DNA of 64,000 nucleotides from the human T2T-CHM13v2.0 reference genome, Homo sapiens, in NCBI RefSeq assembly GCF_009914755.1, contig NC_060933.1. One strand, given 5' to 3'. The notes below the pieces were generated by a model. The model saw only the letters and a list, made by a program, of their open reading frames with translations. It did not search any database and had not been told where the DNA came from. This document shows, one piece after another, positions 27,501 to 40,429 of this stretch; positions within the stretch are counted from its first letter, which is position 1; every line of letters begins with the position of its first letter. The position numbers and the translations under genes are program-made.

Positions 27501-28944
27501 GTTATCACAATCAAGTGACTTAGTCTATTCAATAAAACTGACTAAACATATTTGACCTGATTTTGAAAGTTGTTTCTTTTTTTATAACTGTAAATAAAAT
27601 AAGTGTTCACTTTTTACCAAATCTTAGGCTAGTGTTTCAGTTGGATGCTTCTTAACAAATATATTGACTTTTTTCTCTAGTGATATCATAAGAAAAATCA
27701 ATTCTTAGTAGAGAATATTCTATAATAGATGCATGAACCAGCCAACGATGGCTTTTATCTAATTGCTATATAGATTGTTTTAAATTTTCTCTGTAGGCTT
27801 TAGTGCTGGATAATAAACAAGAGAATCCAACTGTATTTTGTAGTACATTTAAGACCTAGCTTGTAAAGTCATTGCAAATATTTTATTTATTCTCAACAAT
27901 GTATGATATCAATGCCTTTAGCATAAAACTGTAGCACTTTCTTTGATGAATACATAATATACATCATTATCTTTATAAGTATATGCACAGTCTGATAGTA
28001 TAGTTCAAATGACCCATTAATTACAACTTTGAAACAAAGCAAGTTCTGCTCTTTTCAGGACAGCTGGATTGATAAAGGGGACTGAGCATGCCTGTCTTAT
28101 CCAGGCACCCGGTAAACAAGCCAGGCTCCAGTGCGGGTCCCCTGTGTTCCATGGCTATACATCTCATGTTTATATGCTTTAAAAAAGACAAATACGTCTA
28201 TCTATACTGGCAAGATGCAAAGGTATCTATCAATTCTTTATAATTAGTAACTGAAAGCAATGATTCAATGATAAAACTATGAGAAAAATACAAAGATATT
28301 CTTCACGGGGTTGAATTTACAGTAGAGAGGTTGACATAAGATGAGTAATATTCCCTCCTCGAGGCATGAAAGGGTGTGCCTGGGGACCAATTTAATTTCT
28401 AAGCACGGGGTAAGGCATCTACTAGCTTTGGTCCACACAGCTTAATAGAGAAAAAGGCTGAAAAGTAAAAATATGAATCTTCAATTGCAGCAGTTTGCAA
28501 GTCCTCAAAATCAACTGCACTTCTTGGAATGGAGTTTGTTAACCAGAAATGCAATCAGAAGTGCCGAAGTGAAGAAAGAGCTATTAATAGAGAGGAACAG
28601 TCACTCAAAGATTACAGCTTAGTGATCTTAATGCAGTCATGAAATTGGACATGTGGGGGTCTCTGCAAAAGTCAAACCAAGAATTGGTCAAGGCCACAAA
28701 TGGCTTGTATCTTAACAAAGCTAGGCATCAAAAGCAACACTAGTAACAGTATTTTAAAAGTACAAAGGTCTTTTGTTCAAGTCTTTTCATCGTTATCAGA
28801 TGCAGCTATTTATCAGAAGCTGTAAGTTTGAAACCACATATCATAAGGACTTTTGCCTAAGCAATAAGATATTGTATAGTCATAGAAGTACAGCTTCCAT
28901 GAACTAGTTTGTTGGGGTTTTATAATTATAAAACTATTTTGTAT

Positions 28945-29277
28945 GTATGTCTGTATGTATGCATGTATGTATGTATATATGTATTTATTTATTTTGAGAC
29001 AGAGTCTCATTCTGTTGCCCAGGCTGGAGTGCAGGGACACAATCTCGGCTCACTGCAACCTCCACCTCCTGGGTTCAAGTGATTCTCTGGCCTCAGCCTC
29101 CTGAGTAGCTGAGATTACAGGCGTGTGGCATCATGCCCAGCTAATTTTTGTATTTTTAGTAGAGAAGGGGCTTCACTATGTTGCCCAGGCTGGTCTCGAA
29201 CTCCAGGCCCCATGTGATCCACCCACCTCTGCCTTCCAAAGTGCTGGGATTGCAGGTGTGAGCCACCATGCCCAGCC
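28945..29277 (-). mobile_element. Alu (AluJb/old AluS) with a (TATG)n-derived tail
   Basis: Full reversed Alu; TSD tattttgtat at 28935-44 and 29278-87. Confidence 0.96.
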
Positions 29278-29631
29278 TATTTTGTATTTTTAATAGTCTC
29301 TCAGTTATGAATGAATAAGTAGGTAGCTTATAGACAGCTATGATAACTAATAAATTCAGAACTTCTTTGAGAGTTATCACACTTAATTCCAAAGGAAACT
29401 TATCTAAAAGAAGGCTAAATAGGTAGTAAACATCCACAGAAACAAATACTAACAACATCAAAATGCAAGCAAAAGTTCTTATATACATCTTACACTCATT
29501 CATACTTTTGTTCTGAGAACTAAAATATCCTCCCAGTATTCTCACTTGAGAAAAATAAATAGCTCAGATGGAATTGTATATCAATAAAGGAGTGTATTCA
29601 CTTTGGTAAAGAAGAATTTGTTCTCCATATC

Positions 29632-29674
29632 AAAAAAAAAAAAAAAAAAAAAACAAACAAACAAACAAAAAAAA
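29632..29674 (+). repeat. poly(A)/(AAAC)n tract
   Basis: About A22 followed by (CAAA)n. Confidence 0.9.
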
Positions 29675-32600
29675 CGCCAAATAATGATCTGCTTATTTTA
29701 AAAGAAGATTTCCAGACTCCAGGGAAAATAGCAGGTGGCCAGGAGCCTGCCAAATGAGCCTGCCAGGAACACAGCAGGGAGGTTGGGTGGGAGCGAGGAC
29801 AGCTCATGTCCGCTTGCCAGTTCAGTGGTGTGAGCAGCCCAGTGGCCAGCTGTGTGATGTGGATACAAGCCACTCCAATCCTCATCCTTTTCCAGATGGT
29901 GGAGTCTTTGGCTGCTCCACCTGTGGCCTCCAGCAATGCATAATTAAATTCCTGGCTGTGCTATATACTTCATTCAGGAAATGTCCATTCTCTCTTTTAA
30001 AATCCAGGCTTTGAGGAATTCTACTTTGGTCTGTTTCTTCACAGTTGTGTAGATGATGGAGGTATAACAAAAGCAGCAGTCTTGAAGCCCTTATACTAAA
30101 AGGATCAAGAGCAAATTCAGTCCCCTATAACATCTTTTATAAGTAGGATCCACCATTAAACTTCATGGATAGCATGTCAAAAAGTTAAATGTTTTTCATC
30201 AACTTGTTGTCAGATATGTTGGTTTATGAATAGTTGTTGCTACTTCTGTTATATAGCAACTGCAAAGCTAGCTTATTTAAAGTTACTATAAGTTTTTAGT
30301 CTTTATTGGAAGAAGTGAAAACAGTCTCTGCAGCAAGACTCAAAAGTACCTTTGTTTTCTAGGCCTGCCAGGGATTTTTCTATGAGGCCCTAAACCATGG
30401 TCTCTGCCAACAACTCCTCCATCTCCCCATGGCTCTCAAGAAATAGAACTGCTCCATCCTGAAGGTAATTGAATATCTTACCTAAGTGATTTCCTCATTG
30501 TTTATTTACATTATGGAACATTTTTCTTGCAGAGTTAGAGTATAATCTGTATGTAATACTGAACAATATTATTGTAAGCTGCACAAAAACATACCCATAA
30601 ATGAGTTCATTAAGTATTAGATATTTAAGTAAATGCTGTTTTAAATGGTTTCTACTGTGTAAAAATTGTTGGTGGCTTGTTAAATAGATGTTTGAAAATG
30701 TTTAAATTGGGAAAAATTGCTTGGTGTTTTTCTATGAATGAGGAACAGCTTTTTTTTAATATTTAAAATAATGAAATATCCAACATATTTTCAGGAGCAA
30801 ATCAGATTTGGATAATAAAGAAAGTTTATTGTTTAACTACTTTTCTTCTCTGTAAAGAGACTTTAATAATGTCTTCCCATTTTAACTGACAGGCCATCAA
30901 TAGATGGATTTGTTTATTGTTTACCCAATTATTAGTCTAAAAAGCACTTGCTTTAATTCACTATAAAAATGTATACTCAACTGGACCATTAAAACAAGAC
31001 TAAGTGATTTATAGAAACGCTTTTTCTATATTAAATAAAAATAATTTCAGCAATTAAGCACAAGATTAGCTCTGAGGCTCCTGTTAGGCAAGGAAACAAG
31101 AGAAACCATGTGTGTTACATGGTATTTACTGTTTAGTGAATTGAAACATACCAGCATAGGGTTGGAACAAATGTATTTCCCAACACTGTACTCATTTATT
31201 TACAATAAATTAAATGAATACAAAATGCTTTTGAAAATGGCAAAATATTCTACAATAATAAAGTATCACTAGATTCTACTATAAAGAGCTACCACAATTC
31301 CACTCCACCATTGCTATGAAAAAAGATGATCATTCAGTGAGAATGATATTGGTGTACATTTTCCAAGAAAACTATGGAATGAAGAATCAGTTTATACTTA
31401 AAAGGTAATTAATTTCAGAAAAGCAGATTTATTCAAAACACATAACAATAATAATGGCTTAAAGGGACTTCTGTTTGTTTGTTTCCCCAGTAATGAGGAC
31501 AAAGTCAGCTATGAATGAGCTTATTTTTGACTCCACCATTACAACATGACAATATTGCATTCATGACACGTTATAGTTTGTATTGTTTCATTGTTATATG
31601 TTTATATCAATGAATCCACAACATTCACTAAAGACACAATACTCTTTTCCTAGAAAAAGGAAGCAATGTGTTTATAATACCAAAAATGTCATAAGCACTA
31701 TTATAATAAGCATCTGAGAGTATCATCTCTTTGGTCACATGGATGCCACTGAAGCATGAGAATCTGTCTGTGAAGGCCAGTGTGAATTACTAAATAGAGT
31801 GATGCAAAGTGTTTCCTGAGGAATGAAATTTTTATTTTATTTAATATAAATCGAAGGTCAAAATGAGCTACAAAACAAGGAGCTGTCTGGAGTTGTTTTC
31901 AAACGAAGCATTTTTAATAACTTAATAACAAGCAGTAATTAGCATACTAGCTGTTTGTGGCTAAATACAGCCTTTTGAACTGCATAGAGGCACGAGAATA
32001 GCCTGTTCACTTAACTAATTTACAGATTCTTTCTCAAAGTCTTGTTTTTACCATGAATTTACACTCTGTATATAAAAAGAAAGAATATCTTGATACCATG
32101 ACCTTGGCCACACCTTCCACATGGTAGATCCTAAATCCATAGATTAACAAAATGGAAATAAGAGAAAAAAATTGAGAACAAAAATAAAAATTAATATGTT
32201 TTGCTCCAAAATAAACCATGTTTTTTTTCTCTGTAAACAGATCCCTTGGAGCCTGTTGAGTTTTGTGGAAAAGAAAATCACATAAAGTTTTCTCCGTGAC
32301 ACACCTAGCAAGGCATTTTCAAGTCCAATTTATTTACACAGGCCTAGCAGTACCCTGGAGAATGCATATTTTCATATTTTCTCCCACTGTATTGAACCCA
32401 TGCTTTGTAGCAGATGTCATAGAGCTGATATCGCAGATAGCCAAGCTTTGCTGTAGAAGCATGTGAAAAGACAGACATCCAAAGAAACATTGCAAATGTG
32501 TACTACATTATCAAACTCTCCAAATTTAGGCTTATTCCTAGAATACAAATATTTCTCAACCCAGCAGGCAGCCAGGTGCCCGCAAATCCTGAAATTATAA

Positions 32601-33191
32601 AAACTTTGGCCAAGTTGATTTACTTCTGCGGTCTCTTGTTGAAAAATGTGTTGATTCACATTAATGGCTTGATGAAGGGGGGACTGGAGGACTAGAGGTA
32701 TCAGGGTGAATAGGACTTGATGGGTTTTGCTCTGTAATCAGAGTGTCACTCAATCAGAGTGTGTGGCAATTGAGTGAGTGGCACAATTAGCATCTTATTA
32801 TGGTGTTTGCTTTCTTCTCTTTTTATACGGCATAATTTGGTACTTTATTATACCATTTCACATTCGTTAGCACCTCATGTAGCACTCATTCATTTGGAAG
32901 TCATTTCTCAGAAAAATTCTGAAAGATAAAACTCCTGCTGAGAAAGAAGTACCTACAAAAATCCCCTCAAGTCCTCACTCATAGCTGCATATTCTAACTT
33001 TATGCAAAAGCTACCAAGTTTGCTTTACCTGTCTGCAGCAGGTCAGAACTAGCAAAATGAAAAAATCTAGAATGTGTTATATAAAGCTAGTGAAAAAAGG
33101 CAGATTGAGAGTACCAAAATAACAGCTGGAAGTGTGAGAAGAGAAAAATAAGTAACAAAACTCAGGCTGAAGAACTTCAAAGGTATAACAT

Positions 33192-33515
33192 TTTTCTCAG
33201 GTTGCATTCTCAAGAAACAGATTCTAAAGTACGGATTTGACTAATTTATCAAAGAAGTGCTCCCTGGAGAAATGAGCAAGGGAGTGGGGAGGCACAACAA
33301 GGAGGCTAAGAAACCAAGCAAAGTTGTGATTTTTAGGTAAAATTCCAGCCTAGGCTTACCCTGATTGAAATTGTGTAGAATATATTGCATCTCAGAGTTT
33401 GTCTTAAGGCAAGGAATATGGGCTGTTTTGTGTTCCTTTATTAGTCATTCATTGGCTTGGGGCCATGGGGAGGTTGGTGCAGGGGAATATACCCCATGTT
33501 GCAGGAGTCTGGCAA
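33192..33515 (-). mobile_element. Ancient ERVL LTR (LTR16/LTR33-like)
   Basis: ggttgcattctcaagaaacagattctaaagtacggatttg...ctccctggagaaatgagcaagggagtggggagg...gtcattcattggcttggggc. Confidence 0.6.
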
Positions 33516-34499
33516 ATAGAAACAAACAAACAAACAAACAAAATAAAAGTTAACTAAAAACAAAAACATAAATTGATTTGGCCAATAATACATTTGGCTA
33601 TTAATGACAAGGACCATGAGTGGATAGAGACCCAGTTATCAAAAGCCTAATACATTTTCAGATACTAAATGATATGTTTTACTTAAATTTCTGATACATC
33701 AAGTTGCAGGTACATAATTTTTTTCTAATAGCTTATGCATACATCAAAGTGAGTGATTATTCTTAAAACCGCCTATGCATTTAAAATGTGTCAATATGTT
33801 GATGTTATATTTTTCCAGAGAAAAGAAATATAGTAAAGACATACTTATAAATGCTTTAGTTTATGTATTTTTTTATTCTAAGAAGCTATTCAGAGAAATA
33901 AAAGTCTTCCTTTTCTAACATATTTGTTAGTATTTTCAGAAAAATCCATATTTAGATTTCTGAAGGCAATGCTGTATCTCCATACAGAAGGCTGAATGAC
34001 AATTTAAAAACAAGCCCTAATCCCTAGTGACTGTACATCTGTGTCACAAAACAATCGCATAATCTGGCATGATTAAAAGGTTTGCTGTTCAGAGCTCAAC
34101 AGCTGAAAGCCAAATATGGCAAAGTATGATCTAGTTTTCTGCTTCATAAATGCAAATAAAGACTGGCACATAGAGTATAGAAAGCAGTTGTTCTTATACA
34201 ATTTAGGTCCAGCACACTTTTGGATAAAGAAGATGTCCAATAGAAAACAAATCCTTTGAAAACAAAGCTAGACACTCAAGTTTTCTGGCTTACACTATTG
34301 AGCCAAAGTTTCTGCTTTTACAAGTATGTGTTTAAAATGAAAATACAGGATGACATGTGTTTTGATAATCTGTAGAAGGACTTTAAACACCCTGATCCTC
34401 TACAGCAAGTTCACAATAAAAGTCTGTACAGAATTAGGAAAACCAATGACTTGTATTTTAAATAATCATTCAGTAATAATGTAGACATTTTCCTGCTTG

Positions 34500-34615
34500 T
34501 AGATACTATGCAGAAAGTATTGTTATCTTTGTCTGTCTAGTACTGAGCCATAATCCCTGGTACACAGTAGGCACTCAATAAATATTTTTGATTGAATGGA
34601 TGACTATAGACTGAA
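34500..34615 (+). mobile_element. L2 3' end
   Basis: ccctggtacacagtaggcactcaataaatatttttgattgaatggatga. Confidence 0.8.
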
Positions 34616-36064
34616 TGGATCAAGAAATAGACAAACATGAATTAATTTTCAAAAAAAAGTTGGGAATCATAGTGGTTTCTGAACTGATGTCTGCAGAATA
34701 TTCTAAATTGTAGCCACATTAATGTAAATAACCCACCAGACCAAGGAGGAAATATATATTAGCATGTCAATATTTTTAAAAGATACAATTTATATTGCCA
34801 TATTTGTGAGGCACCTGATTATAAATCTTGCATTCTCTTCCAGAGCTGTCTCCTTTGGGAAAAATGAAAGAGGAAATCACATTAAGAATAAAATTGTCAT
34901 CACAAGATTCATTTTATTAACCCAGTATTTCCTTACTTGCTGCAAATATGCTGGCGATTTTGGATCAGACAATCCAGGACAGTGTTATTTGAATTTATTC
35001 TTTGGCATAGTTCCTAGTGTTTTTGATGTAACCCAGCAATATCTCCAACAGCAAAGCTGCAGAATTCTGCTGTCCATTTTTATTGAAGTATTGAATGTAA
35101 TTGAGACTCGTCTGCTTAGACTCACCCATGTATACTAGGGCTTTGGTTTTGATAAACATTGTTTCTTCTGTTTTCTCTACTTCAGTGTTTTACTCTTTTA
35201 ATCTTCTTTTTCTTGAATTTTAGCCTTCGAGTTTTTCTTCCGCAGATTTTCATTTCTGAATATTAAACCATGCAAATTCTCTATGGCCTTTTACAGTATG
35301 ACTTTCTATATATGCCTTAATTCCAGGTGGCAGGACAGACCATTTAACAATGTGCTACCCAAACTCACTGTGGTGATACGCAAACTCACTGTAGTTTGTG
35401 CAAAGTCCTACAGTTCAAAATGCATACCCAGGCACTACAGTGTTAGGCAATAGTAAAAAACTAAATGCCCCAAAAGAAGGCATGTAAAGATAGAAAGTGC
35501 CCACATAATCCTCAAATTCAAAAACACCTTATAAATTAACTGTGTCCAAAGACTTTGGTTTTTATGACTTAGGGAAGCCTAATCTTTGCTCATATGAGCC
35601 CTTGTTCAATTTGGATTGTCTTTTAGAAAGACGAGTCTACTGAAGCAGGGCAAAATGTCACTTTATTTTAAATTAAGATTAGAAACAATGACATTTAATT
35701 ATCATAATCATGTGTTTTTCAGTAGATAATTATAAAAGACACCACGGTTTAACATTTAGCTTGTTTCCAAAAGAGGAAAAAGGGTGGGAAGTATTTTTAT
35801 TTAACAATGAGAGTATTTAGAGGCAAATGATTTTATCTGAAATTTACTATTGTTAACTGTTGTACTGTTTGCTGTAAATTAATCTGAAGTAAGTATCCAT
35901 AGAAAAATGTCTCTTTGAAATAAGCATTTCTAAAATCCTTGAATATATCTAGTTTGGCAAGTATGTAATTATATAACACACATGTCATATTTACAATTGA
36001 AATGGGGCAAAATTGTACATATAGAGAGACCTAATATGTGAGAATGAGGAAAGGTATTAACTTT

Positions 36065-36275
36065 TTAGTAGTATCAGATGCCACTTGAGCACTTTCTACA
36101 TGTGCAAGACACTGTGCTAAGTACTCTTGCAAACATGCAGGTAAGCACTATTTTTATTTGCATTTTATATACCAGAGAATTGATACATGGATATGCTAAA
36201 TAAGGAGTGGAATTAGGGATTCAGACTGAGGAATAGCTAAATCTGAAGCCAAGTTCTTAGCCACTAAACTTGTAC
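36065..36275 (-). mobile_element. MIR
   Basis: ttgagcactttctacatgtgcaagacactgtgctaagtactct...gtggaattagggattcaga...ttcttagccacta. Confidence 0.7.
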
Positions 36276-36299
36276 TCTACAGTATGATTACTATTCATA

Positions 36300-36578
36300 C
36301 GTAGTTATTGAGAAATAGAAATGTGTCTAGTTTAAATTTAGAAAAACTATAAATATAAAATGCACAATGTTTTTCATTAGTATTAGAAAATAAATACCTC
36401 AATAATTTTATATTGATCACATGTTGAGATATTTGGCCTACAACAGTTGAAATAAAATATATTATTTAAATTAATTTTATGTGTTTCTTTTTTCTTTTCA
36501 TTGTGGTTACTAGAAATTTTAAATCACATATGGGGTTCTCATCTGTTGTTTCACTTTATTTCTACTGGACCGTATTTC
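36300..36578. mobile_element. MER33/MER3-like hAT-Charlie element
   Basis: tatattgatcacatgttgag...ataaaatatattatttaaattaattttatgtgtttc...tgtggttactagaaattttaaatcacatatg...tatttctactggac. Confidence 0.72.
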
Positions 36579-36934
36579 ACTACACTGTATAGCCTCCATC
36601 TCTGACAAGTTAGGGGAGAGACTCTGAAATGTTAATTCCCTGCTTAGTTTGTCTTTTCCTCTTATTTATTTCTTGTTTCTCTCTCATGACAGACTTTATT
36701 TTCTTCATTTTAATGTAACTATTTATATAAATATTGTATATCTCTCACTAAAATGTAAGTTCCTGGAAGTCAGGCCTCCGAGTTCTCATCTTGTAACACC
36801 AAGTAACAAGGGAAGGCTTTTAAGGCAAATAACAATCTCAAGCGTTTTAGCCTAAGTTAAGCTTCTTCTTCTTCCTCACAAGCTGTCTTCTCATTACACA
36901 GAATGGAGTCAGGAATGTCTCCATCAGGACTGCT

Positions 36935-37152
36935 CAGGGGTGTGCAAACTGCAGCTTGTGGCCAAATCCAACCTAGCACCTGCTTTTATAAATAAAGTTT
37001 TATGGAAACACAGCCACATCCACTCATTTAGTACTGTCTATAGGCTAGCTGGGATACAATAGCAGAGCTCCATAGTTGCTACAAAGTCCTATGGTCGTCA
37101 AATCCGAAATATTCACCACCTGGCCCTTTAGGGAAAATCTTTGCCATTTCTC
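36935..37152 (+). mobile_element. MER58A (hAT-Charlie)
   Basis: caggggtgtgcaaactgcagcttgtggccaaatcc...taaataaagttttatggaaacacagccac...acctggccctttagggaaaatctttgcc. Confidence 0.85.
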
Positions 37153-37567
37153 AGGTAGCTTATGCTATCAGAGTCGATTCTTTCTTTTTGCGCCTTCCAT
37201 CTCAAGTATCAATTACACTATAGTGACATTAGAATCTCATGAAATAACAAACATTTTTCACATTGTGTTTCAAGGATGCTTACATTTTAATAACCACTTG
37301 TAGAATAAAAACCCAGGATCCCTTTGTGACTATTTCTCTCAGTTAAAATAGTGGGTCTGAGAAGATGTTTTGATATGTCTGCTACCGTGACAACATAAAT
37401 AGGGACCATCTTTTAAAGTTTATTGCCATCTGAGGCCCCTTGATTTCAGGATTTCAAGACTTACAATGGGCACATCTAAAACAGCTACTATAATACTTTT
37501 AATGTCAGAAAAGTCACTGTGAAAATAAAGAAATAAAAGATGTCTACCTGCTGGTGAGTGAGCTCTT

Positions 37568-37649
37568 TAAATGACTTTACTGGAGAATAAATGACTTTAC
37601 TGGAGACTCTACTGGAGAATAAATGACTTTACTGGAGAGACTTTACTGG
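37568..37649 (+). repeat. Small minisatellite, unit aataaatgactttactggag (20 bp) plus truncated units
   Basis: Three long copies and two short gact(t/c)tactgg copies. Confidence 0.92.
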
Positions 37650-38789
37650 TGAGGAAAGTAATATAGATATAATACCACTATTCCTGTGACCTATCAATAC
37701 AAGCTATTTTACACTTTTTAACTATGCCAAGTGGGTCATTTAAGGATAATACAGACTGAGGGAAATTCTCATTTTGTTTGAAGGAATTTGTTTGTCTTGA
37801 TACAATCAATTGACCTTAACTTTCCTAGATGTGGAAAATGAGGTAAAATTTGTTACTCTTAAACAAGATATATTGTTCAGCAAGACTAGAATGAAAGGAT
37901 ACCAAAACATTTACTCTTTACTGATGCTTCCACAACTAGCTATTGTCAACATTTCCAATATCATCCTTACAGTGAAAACCACTATGACAAGTACTGTGCA
38001 TGCAATTATGTAAAATTGAATCATAAAACGAGTTAGTGGAATAGGAGGATTATATAAATGTTCAAATATTTTTATCAAATTGTACAATTAACTAGTTTGT
38101 TCTGACAAGTGTTCTTACAAAAAACAAAATATTAATTGGCATATTTCATATAAACATATTTACATTTCATTTATTAGGAGCCCCTTATTTGTTCCAGTGA
38201 ATAATTAGAATACATTTACAGCAAATCAATTGAAACATTCAGTAACGTCTTTAAAATATCCGAAGGAAATGTGGGAAATACCTGTCTTGGTATTCTGAGA
38301 TTGCAAGGAACTGTCTTATAAAACAATGCTTCTCAAAGAGGACTAAGTACACAATGATCCATTGGTGACCAGAAAGAAAAACACTAAACCTTGATTTAAA
38401 AAGCAAGTCAATTATTAAACCTTAGTAATGTTGAAAGATTGATTGATACTGACACCTTCATTGAGTCCTAAAAGTCACTGATCAAAAGAAGTCACCATGA
38501 AGAAAAAAGGGAATTGTACAATGTGGAGGTTTTGACAGTGGCATTCTCATTCATATATTGGTTTTATCATGTTGGAATATACAGGAGTTTATATTTTTTC
38601 CTATTCATATTTTTTCCTACTCACAGAAGCTAGAATGTATTTCACAAATGCTAAAAATAGAACTCACACTAACTTGAGCAAAATAGTAGACATCATTTGC
38701 TTACTAATGAAGAAATTTAAGCCTGAAACTGCCTTGACTCCAAAGTATGCCATAGAACTTTCACTCTGTTTCTACATTTTCAGGTCTAG

Positions 38790-39130
38790 CTTGTCAGTTG
38801 CTCTTATTCTCTCATGCTATAGATAAGAGTTTCTTCACGTGATCAGAAAGATGACCACCAGCCAGCCTGCCTTTCACCTTACAGCTAACCAATTCTAAAG
38901 AAAAAGAGACCAAAAATTCCCCATCTTTCATGTGTCAAATCTGATTGAAATACCCTTACTAATCCTAGTTGGTCATGGGTCAATTCCTTATAGCAATCAC
39001 TATGGGTGGGTAGAGGGGTGGAACAATGTGATGGGCCAACTTATGTATCAAGTAACCAAATCAGAACCACAGAGTAGGAGAAGAACCATTCCTCAAAGAA
39101 AGTGGAGTTCCAGAAACAACAAACAACTGG
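38790..39130 (-). mobile_element. Old MaLR LTR (MLT1-like) fragment
   Basis: ttcttcacgtgatcagaaagatgaccaccagcc...ctgattg...ggtcatgggtcaattcc...caatcactatgggtggg. Confidence 0.55.
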
Positions 39131-40429
39131 TGCTGCCTAGAAATCTTAGAAGATATGAAAATAAAATATCCCAGTTGCATTACAGCATGCATGTTAAGAA
39201 ATCATAATGTAAAACAAATTAATGGTTTGCATATGTTTCCAATTTATGATCTAATCTGGACACTCATCAAATTAGAAATATTGCAGTAGGGATTTCCATA
39301 TACCAACTGCTGAAGTAATACTGTTTTCACAGATTACACTTTTTAATTACATTCTGTAGAAAGATAAAAAAAAAAAACTTAGTACTATCTTTCTTATATT
39401 CTCATTCTATGGATTGATTGGGGATATTCTAACACTTTCCCTAAAATTATTTTTAAGATACTTTATTTTAGAACACACTGACATGGTAAGGCTCTTTATA
39501 ATAATGAATCTTTTATTAAAAATAAATTTCTTTTCTGGAATGGACATTATTTTTCAAAAAAAAAGAATGAAGAGTTTGAACTTAAGATTGAATGCATTCT
39601 ACACAATCTCTACAGTCTCTTCCAATTCTTAACACTTCTCTTTCTAAAACTGTTTTCTAAAATATTTCATTACATAAACCCCCTGGAAGGCCTTCTTTGC
39701 ATGCATTCATACCGGTTATTATGTGCATAAATAGCAGAAGGTTCTGCTTTTTAAAACAGAAAAATGGAGAACTAGGTTTGTTGAAGTTTAATAGCTGTTT
39801 TTGGTCCGCGTAAATTTTCAATATCTTGGTGAGCTGCTTCTTAGATTAAAAGATCTAGTATTATTGTAGGGTAGGTCTTTTCCAAAATGAAACATCATTT
39901 GTTCTACATTCCTTAAGCTAAAACTAACTGTATCATTTTAGCTAGAGAGAAGCATGCTTCACAGGTAACTTTTCCTTCGAACCATGGATGTAGTTCAGAT
40001 TTCGTTTATATTATTCCTTGCTTTTTACAAGTGTAAAAAGCTATGAAAACTTAGATGGTTACTTAGCATATTCATTTTATAGTTTGTGTTATTTAATTGA
40101 GTTCATTTGTACATTCCTGTCTTTTAAAAAGTGGGAGATATATATTTTGCTCTTCACTTTGGTTTTTGGGTGGATTTTGATAAAACATTTGGGGCAGAAA
40201 AATGTTCTTGAAATAGTTACATAGCTTCAAGGCTATTTCAAAATTCAATACAATCAGATATGTCCATATACCTAAAACATTATTTTTACTTTTGTGAAAT
40301 CTAGAACATATGCATCAGCCATCTAAAGACAATATTTGAAAATCCAGTATGGATTAATGAGCTAAAGAGTTTTTTTTTTTTTTTTACAAAACTATAAAAA
40401 TATTCGAGGAAAGTAAAACAATGTTTATT

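Noticed and set aside
37568-37649. CRISPR-like array
   Set aside because: These are head-to-tail repeats with no spacers, so it is a minisatellite.
39942-39964. Possible micro-exon (ttttag|...cacag|gtaact)
   Set aside because: The pyrimidine tract and donor are weak, with no other support.
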